Shown here: positions 58,103-64,000 of the stretch, piece by piece | How the letters are laid out: the number at the start of each line of letters is the position of its first letter | Numbering within the stretch: the stretch's first letter is position 1 | Source of the DNA: the human T2T-CHM13v2.0 reference genome, Homo sapiens | Direction: 5' to 3' (one strand) | NCBI RefSeq assembly: GCF_009914755.1 | Contig: NC_060940.1 | DNA: 64,000 nt | Notes under the pieces: model-generated | The model's input: only the letters and a program-made list of their open reading frames with translations | What the model was told of the DNA's origin: nothing | Database searches by the model: none | Program-made: the position numbers and the translations under genes

Positions 58103-61100
58103 GATTCCATTCAGTTCCATTCGATGATTCCCTTAGATTCCATTCGATGATTCCACTTGATTGCATTTACGATGATTCCATTCGATTCCATGTGATGATT
58201 CCATTCAATTCTATTCAATGATGTCTCCATTTGATTCCATTCGACCATGATTGCCTTTGATTCCATTCAATGATTCCATTCGGTTCCGTTTGATGATGAT
58301 TCCGTTCGATTCCATTTGATGATTCCATTTGATTCCATTGGATGAGTCCATTCGATTACATTCGATGATTATTCCATTCGAGTGCATTAGATGATTCCAT
58401 TCGAGTCCATTCGATGATTCCATTCGATTCCATTCGATGTTGATTCTGTTCAAATCCATTCGATGATTCCACTCGATTCCATTCGTTGACTCCATTTGAT
58501 CCCATTCGATGATTTCCTTTGATTCCCTTTGATGATCATTCCATTTGATTCAATTCGGTGATTTCATTTGATTCCATTCAGTGATGTTTCCATTCGACTC
58601 CATTCGATGATGATTCCATTCGACTCCATTCGATTATGATTTCATTCAATTCCATTCGATAATGATTCCCTTCGAGTCCATTCGATGATTCCATTCGATT
58701 CCATTCAACGATGATTTGATTCGTGTCCATTCGATGATTCCATTTGATTCCACTTGATGATGATTCCATTCGAGTCCATTTGATGATTCCATTCAATTCC
58801 ATACTCCGATGATTTCTTTTGAGCCCACTCAATGCTTCCACTCGATTCCATATGATGATGACTCCATTCGATGAAATTCGATGATGATTCCATTCGCTTG
58901 CTTTCGATGATGATTCCACTTGAGTCCGTTAGAAGATTCTATTCAATTACATTCCAGGACGATTCCGTTCGAGTCCATTTGATGATTCCATTAGACTCCA
59001 TTCGACGATGATTCCATTCGATGTTATTCAATGATTCCATTCGATCTCATTCGATGATGATTCCATTCAACTCCATTCGATGTTTCCATTCGAGTTCATT
59101 CTATTATTCCATTAGATTCCATTCGATGATGATTCCATTCGATTCCATTTGATGATTGCATTCTATTTCATTTGATGATGATTCCATTCGAGTCCACTCG
59201 ATGATTCCATTCGAGTCCATTTAATGAATCCATTGGTTTCAATTCTATGATGATTACATTGGATTCCATTCGTTGATGATTTCATTCGGTTCCATTCAAT
59301 GATGATTCCATTCAATTCCTTTCAATGTTTCCATTCAATTCCATACGATGATGATTCCATTTGATTTGATTCGACAGTGAGCCATTCGATTCAATTCCAT
59401 GATGATTCTATTTGATTCAATTGGTTGACATTTCCATTCGATTCCATTCGATGATGATTCCCTTTGATTCCGTTCAAAGATGATTCCATTCTAGCCCATT
59501 CAATCATTCCATTCGATTCTATTCAATGATGATTCCATTCATGTCGATTTGGTGATTCCATTTGACTTCATTTGATGATGATTCCTTTCAAGTTCATTAG
59601 ATGATTCCATTCGATTCCATTTGATGATGATCCCATTCGAGTCCATTCAGTGATTCCATTCGTTTCCATTCCATGATGATTCCATTCCTTTCCATTCAAT
59701 GATTCCATTCGATTCCGTTTGATGATGATTTCATTCGAGTCCATTTGATGATTCCATTTGATTCCATTCGATGATGATTCCATTCGAGTCCATTCGATGA
59801 TTCTATTCGAATCCATTTGATGATTTCTTTTGATTATATTTGGTGATGATTCCATTGGAGTCCATTCAATGATTCCATTCTATTCCAATCGATGATGATT
59901 CCATTAGAGTCCATTTAATGATTCCATTTGATTCCAGTCTCTGATGATTACATTCGAGTCCATACGATGATTCCACTCAATTCCATATGATGATGATTCC
60001 ATTTGATTCCATTCGGTGATTCCATTCTATTCTATTCAATGGTGATTCCATTCGAGTACATTAGATGATTCCATTCGATTCCATTCAATGATGATTCTAT
60101 TTGTGTCCCTTAGATGATTCCACATGATTCCATTAGATGATGATACTATTTGAGCCCATCCAATGATTCCCTTCGATTCCATTCGATGAGGATTCCACTC
60201 GATTCAATTCATTGGTGATTCTATTCAATTCAATTCTTTGATTCCATTCCATTCCATTCGACAATGATTCCATTCGATTTCTTTCGATGATTCCACTCGA
60301 TTCCACTTGACATTGATTCCATTCGATTCCATTCAATGATTCCATTTGATTCCAGTGGATGATGATTGCCATCGATTCCATTCGATCACTCCATTCTATT
60401 CCATTTGATGATGATTACATTCGATTCCATTTGATGATTCCATCTGATTCTATTCGAGGATTCCATTTGATTCCATTCGATGATGATTCCATTCGAGTCC
60501 ATTTGATGATTTCATTCGAGTACATCCAATGATTCCATTCGAGTCCATTAGATGATTCCATTTGATTCCATTTGAAAATGATTCTTCTAGAGTCCATTCA
60601 ATGACTCCATTCGAGTCCATTCAACAATTCCATTCGACTCCATTCGATGATTCCATTCGATTCCATTTGATGGTTCCATTCGAGTCCATTTCATCATTAC
60701 AGTCGAGTCCATTTGGTGATTCCACTGGATTTCTTTTGATAATGATACCATTCAATTACATTTGATGATGATCCCATTCAATTTCATTTGATGATGATTC
60801 CATTAGAGTCCATTCGATGATTTCATTCGAGTCCCTTCATTGATTCCATCCGATTTCATTGGATGATGACTCCATTCGAGTCCATTCGATGATTCCACTC
60901 GATTCCATTAGATGACTCCATTGGAGTCCATTTGATTGTTCCATTCGATTCCATTCGATTCCTTTCGAAGATTATTCCATTTGAGTCCATTCGATGATGA
61001 TTCCATTCCATTCCATTCGATGATTCCGTTTGATTCCATTCGATGATTCCCTTCGATTCCTTTCTTTGATGATTCCATTCCATTCCATTCAATGATTCCA

Positions 61101-64000
61101 TTCGAATCTATTCCATGATGATTCCTTTCGATTCCATTCGCTGATGTTTCCGTTCAATTCCATTCGATGATGATTCCATTCGATTCCATTCATTGAGGAT
61201 TCCATTTGATTCCATTCAATGATGATTCCATTCTATTCCATTCAATGATTGCATTCAATTCCATTCAATGATTATCCCATTAGAGTAAACTCAACGATTC
61301 CATTCAATACCATTCGATGATGATTCCTTTTGAGTCCATTCAATGATTTCATTCAAGTCCATTTGATGATTCCTTTCAATTCCATTCTATGATGATTCCA
61401 TTCGAGTCCATTCGATGATTCCATTCGATTGCATTCGATGATTCCATTATATTCCATTCAACGGTGATTCCATTCGAGTCCATTCGATGATTCCATTAGA
61501 GTACATTTAATGATTGCTTTGTTTTCAATTCGAAGATGATTACATTGGATTCCATTCTATGATACCATTCGATTCCATTCAATGATGATTCCACTCAAAT
61601 CCATTGGATGATTCCATTCGTGTCCATTCGGTGATTTCATTAGATTCCATTCGAGGATGATTCCATTCGATTCCATTCGATGATTCCATTCAATTCCATT
61701 CGATGATGATTCCATTCCAGTCCATATGATCATTCCATTTGATTTCATTCGATGATGATTCCATTCGATTCCATTCGACGATTCCATTCTATTCCATTCG
61801 ATGATGATTCCATTCGAGTCCATTCGATCATTCCATTCGAGTCCATTTAATGATTCCATTGGGTTCAATTCAATGATGATTACATTGGATTCCGTTCTAT
61901 GATTCCATTCAATTCCGTTCATTGACAATTTGATTCCATTCGATGATGATTCCATTTGAGTTCATTCGATGATTCTATTCGATTCTCTTCGATGGTGATT
62001 CAATTCTATTATATTGGATGATTCCATTCGATTCCATTTGATGTTGATTCAATTCGATTCTATTCGATGATGATTCCATTGGATTTCACTTGATGATTCT
62101 ATTCGATTCCATTCAATGATGATTCACTTCTCGTCCATTGGATGATTCCATTTCATTCCATTCGATGATGATTCCATTCGATTCCATTCGATGATTCCAT
62201 TCGATTCCATGCGACGGTGAGCAATTCGATTCAATTCCATGATGATTCTATTTGATTCAATTAGATGATGTTTCCATTCGAATCCATTCCATGATTATTC
62301 CATTGGAATCCATTCGGCGATGATTCCATATGAGTCAATTCAATGATGATTCCATATGGGTCCGTTCGATGATAATTCCATTTGATTTCATTCGATGCTT
62401 CTATTCTATTCCAGTCGATGATGATTCCGTTGGAGTCCATACGATGATTCCATTTGATTTCATTTCATGATGATTCCATTCGATGATGATTACATTGGAT
62501 TCCATTCTATGATTCCATTCAATTCCATTCGTTGATGATTCGATTCCATTCAATGATGATTCCATTTGAGTTCATTCGATGATTCTATTCGATTCCGTTC
62601 GATGGTGATTCAATTCTCTTATATTGGATGATTCCAGTCGATTCCATTTGATGATTATTCCATTGGAGTCCACTTAGTGAATCCTTTAGATTCTACTCGA
62701 CGATGATTCCATTCGAGTCCATTCGATGATACCATTCAATTCCATTCGTTGATGCTTCCATTCAAGTGCATTCGATGATATCATTCGATTCCATTTGATG
62801 ATAATTCCATTTGATTCCATGCGATGATTCTATTCGATTCCATTCAATGATAATTCCATTCAATTCAGTGATTCCTCTGGACTCCATTTGATGATGATTC
62901 CATTCAATGATTCCATTCGATTCTATTCGAAAATGATTCCATTTGAATCCATTTGATGATGATTCCATTAGATTCCATTTGATGATTCCATTCGATTCCA
63001 TTCGACGATGATTCCATTCGATTCCGTTTGATGATTCCATTCTATTCTATTCGATGATGATTCCATTCGATTCCATTCGATGATGATTGGATTCGATTCC
63101 ATTTGATGATTTCATTTGATTCCATTCGTTAATGATTTCGATCAATTCCATTCGATGATTCCATTCGATTCCATTCGATAATGATTACATCCGAGTCCAT
63201 TCGATGATTCCATTGGAGCCTGTTCGATAATTCCATTTGAGTCCAACCAATGATTCCATTCATTTCCATTCAATGATTCCATTCGAGTCCATTTGATCAT
63301 TCCGGTAGGGTCCATTCGATGTTGATTCCATTGGAGTGCATTCGATGATTCCATTCGAGTCCATTTTAGGATTTGATTCGAGTCCTTTCGATGATTCCAT
63401 TCGATTCCACTCGATGATGATTTCATTCGAGTCCATTCGACACTTCCAATCGATTCCATTTGATGATTCCATTCGAGTCCAATTGATGATTCCATTCAAT
63501 TCCATTCGATGATGATTCCGTACGATTCCATTCTGTGATGATTCCATGTGATTGCATTCAATGATGATTCCTTTCGATTGCATTCGATTATGATTCATTT
63601 CGTGTTCATTCTATGGTTCCAGAGGTTTCCATTCGTGTCCATTCCATTATTCCATTCTATTCCATTTGATGATGATTCCATTCGATTCCATTCATTGGTG
63701 ATTCCACTCAATTCCATTCAATGATTCCATTCCATTTCTTTCAACAATGATTCCATTAGTTTCTAATCGATGATCCACTTGATTCCATTTGACGACGATT
63801 CCATTCTTGTCCATTCGATGATTCCATTTGATTCCATATGATGATGATTCCATTCGATTCCATACCATGATGATTCCATTCGAGTCCATTCAATGGTGAT
63901 TCCATTCAATTCCATTCGATGATTCCTTTTGATTCCATTCGATGATGATGGCATTCGATTCCTTTCAATCATTCCCTTTGATTCCATTCAAAGGTGATTT
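58103..64000 (+). repeat. Macro-repeat unit U12, full-length type, truncated by window end (5,898 bp visible)
   Basis: Anchor at 58211. All internal landmarks are at +6112 from U11. Confidence 0.93.

Larger units (their letters stand above)
1..64000 (+). repeat. Human satellite II (HSat2/HSATII) tandem array, CATTC-rich strand on +
   Basis: Continuous diverged (CATTCGATTC)n sequence with GATGAT spacers and many TCGA and GA(T/G)TC sites. Examples: 23-mer GATTCCATTCGAGTCCATTCGAT at 291-313, then a 26-mer at 314-339. This is the established HSat2 pattern rather than the purer (CATTC)n of HSat3. No unique sequence or strand switch seen. Confidence 0.97.

Noticed and set aside
109-63987. Many 60-132 aa minus-strand ORFs (MESSNGIEWNH-like)
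   Set aside because: They are direct translations of the GAATG/ATCATC strand, which is rich in ATG and poor in stops. They are low-complexity, overlap in several frames and are gained or lost by single variants between units. No domain or gene structure is visible.
1-64000. CRISPR-like repeat/spacer array or other prokaryotic system
   Set aside because: There are no unique spacers, leader or cas-like ORFs. The sequence between repeats is itself satellite, and the pattern is that of primate HSat2.
1-64000. Alpha satellite/CENP-B boxes, HSat3 or telomeric repeats
   Set aside because: No 171-bp alphoid monomer, CENP-B box or TTAGGG run was seen. Pure CATTC runs are only a few copies long. The 171-bp length of the internal repeat is coincidental.
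1-64000. Transposon insertion or inversion breakpoint
   Set aside because: No poly(A), target-site duplication, Alu/L1-like sequence or switch to the GAATG strand was seen. All length differences are explained by the three deletions.
1-64000. Heat-shock elements (nGAAn arrays) or special hairpin structures
   Set aside because: GAA/TTC words are mostly in direct rather than alternating orientation. The established HSF1 and (GGAAT)n hairpin results concern HSat3-type repeats, and I cannot support specific sites here.

Overview
The whole 64 kb window is one uninterrupted, single-orientation array of human satellite II-type DNA (HSat2/HSATII), built from diverged CATTC-derived 23/26-bp monomers of the type GATTCCATTCGA(T/G)TCCATTCGAT(GAT). 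The monomers form a 6,112-bp macro-repeat. From recalled literature this size fits the chromosome 16q pericentromeric HSat2 array, but I could not verify that by alignment. Phased to the window start, there are 12 units: 6112, 6112, 6112, 6112, 3849, 3846, 6040, 6112, 3849, 3846, 6112 and a truncated last unit. I find no genes, RNA genes, mobile elements or CRISPR arrays; every listed ORF is a translation of the satellite. I did not find a new gene-encoded system. What is of interest is structural: a 2,263-bp deletion unit with 20-bp junction microhomology, a ~19.9-kb second-level period, a 72-bp microhomology deletion, a two-state haplotype at the unit boundary, conversion-like variant tracts, older internal duplications in the unit and repeated DUX4-type motifs. 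All variant counts were made by eye and need confirming by alignment.
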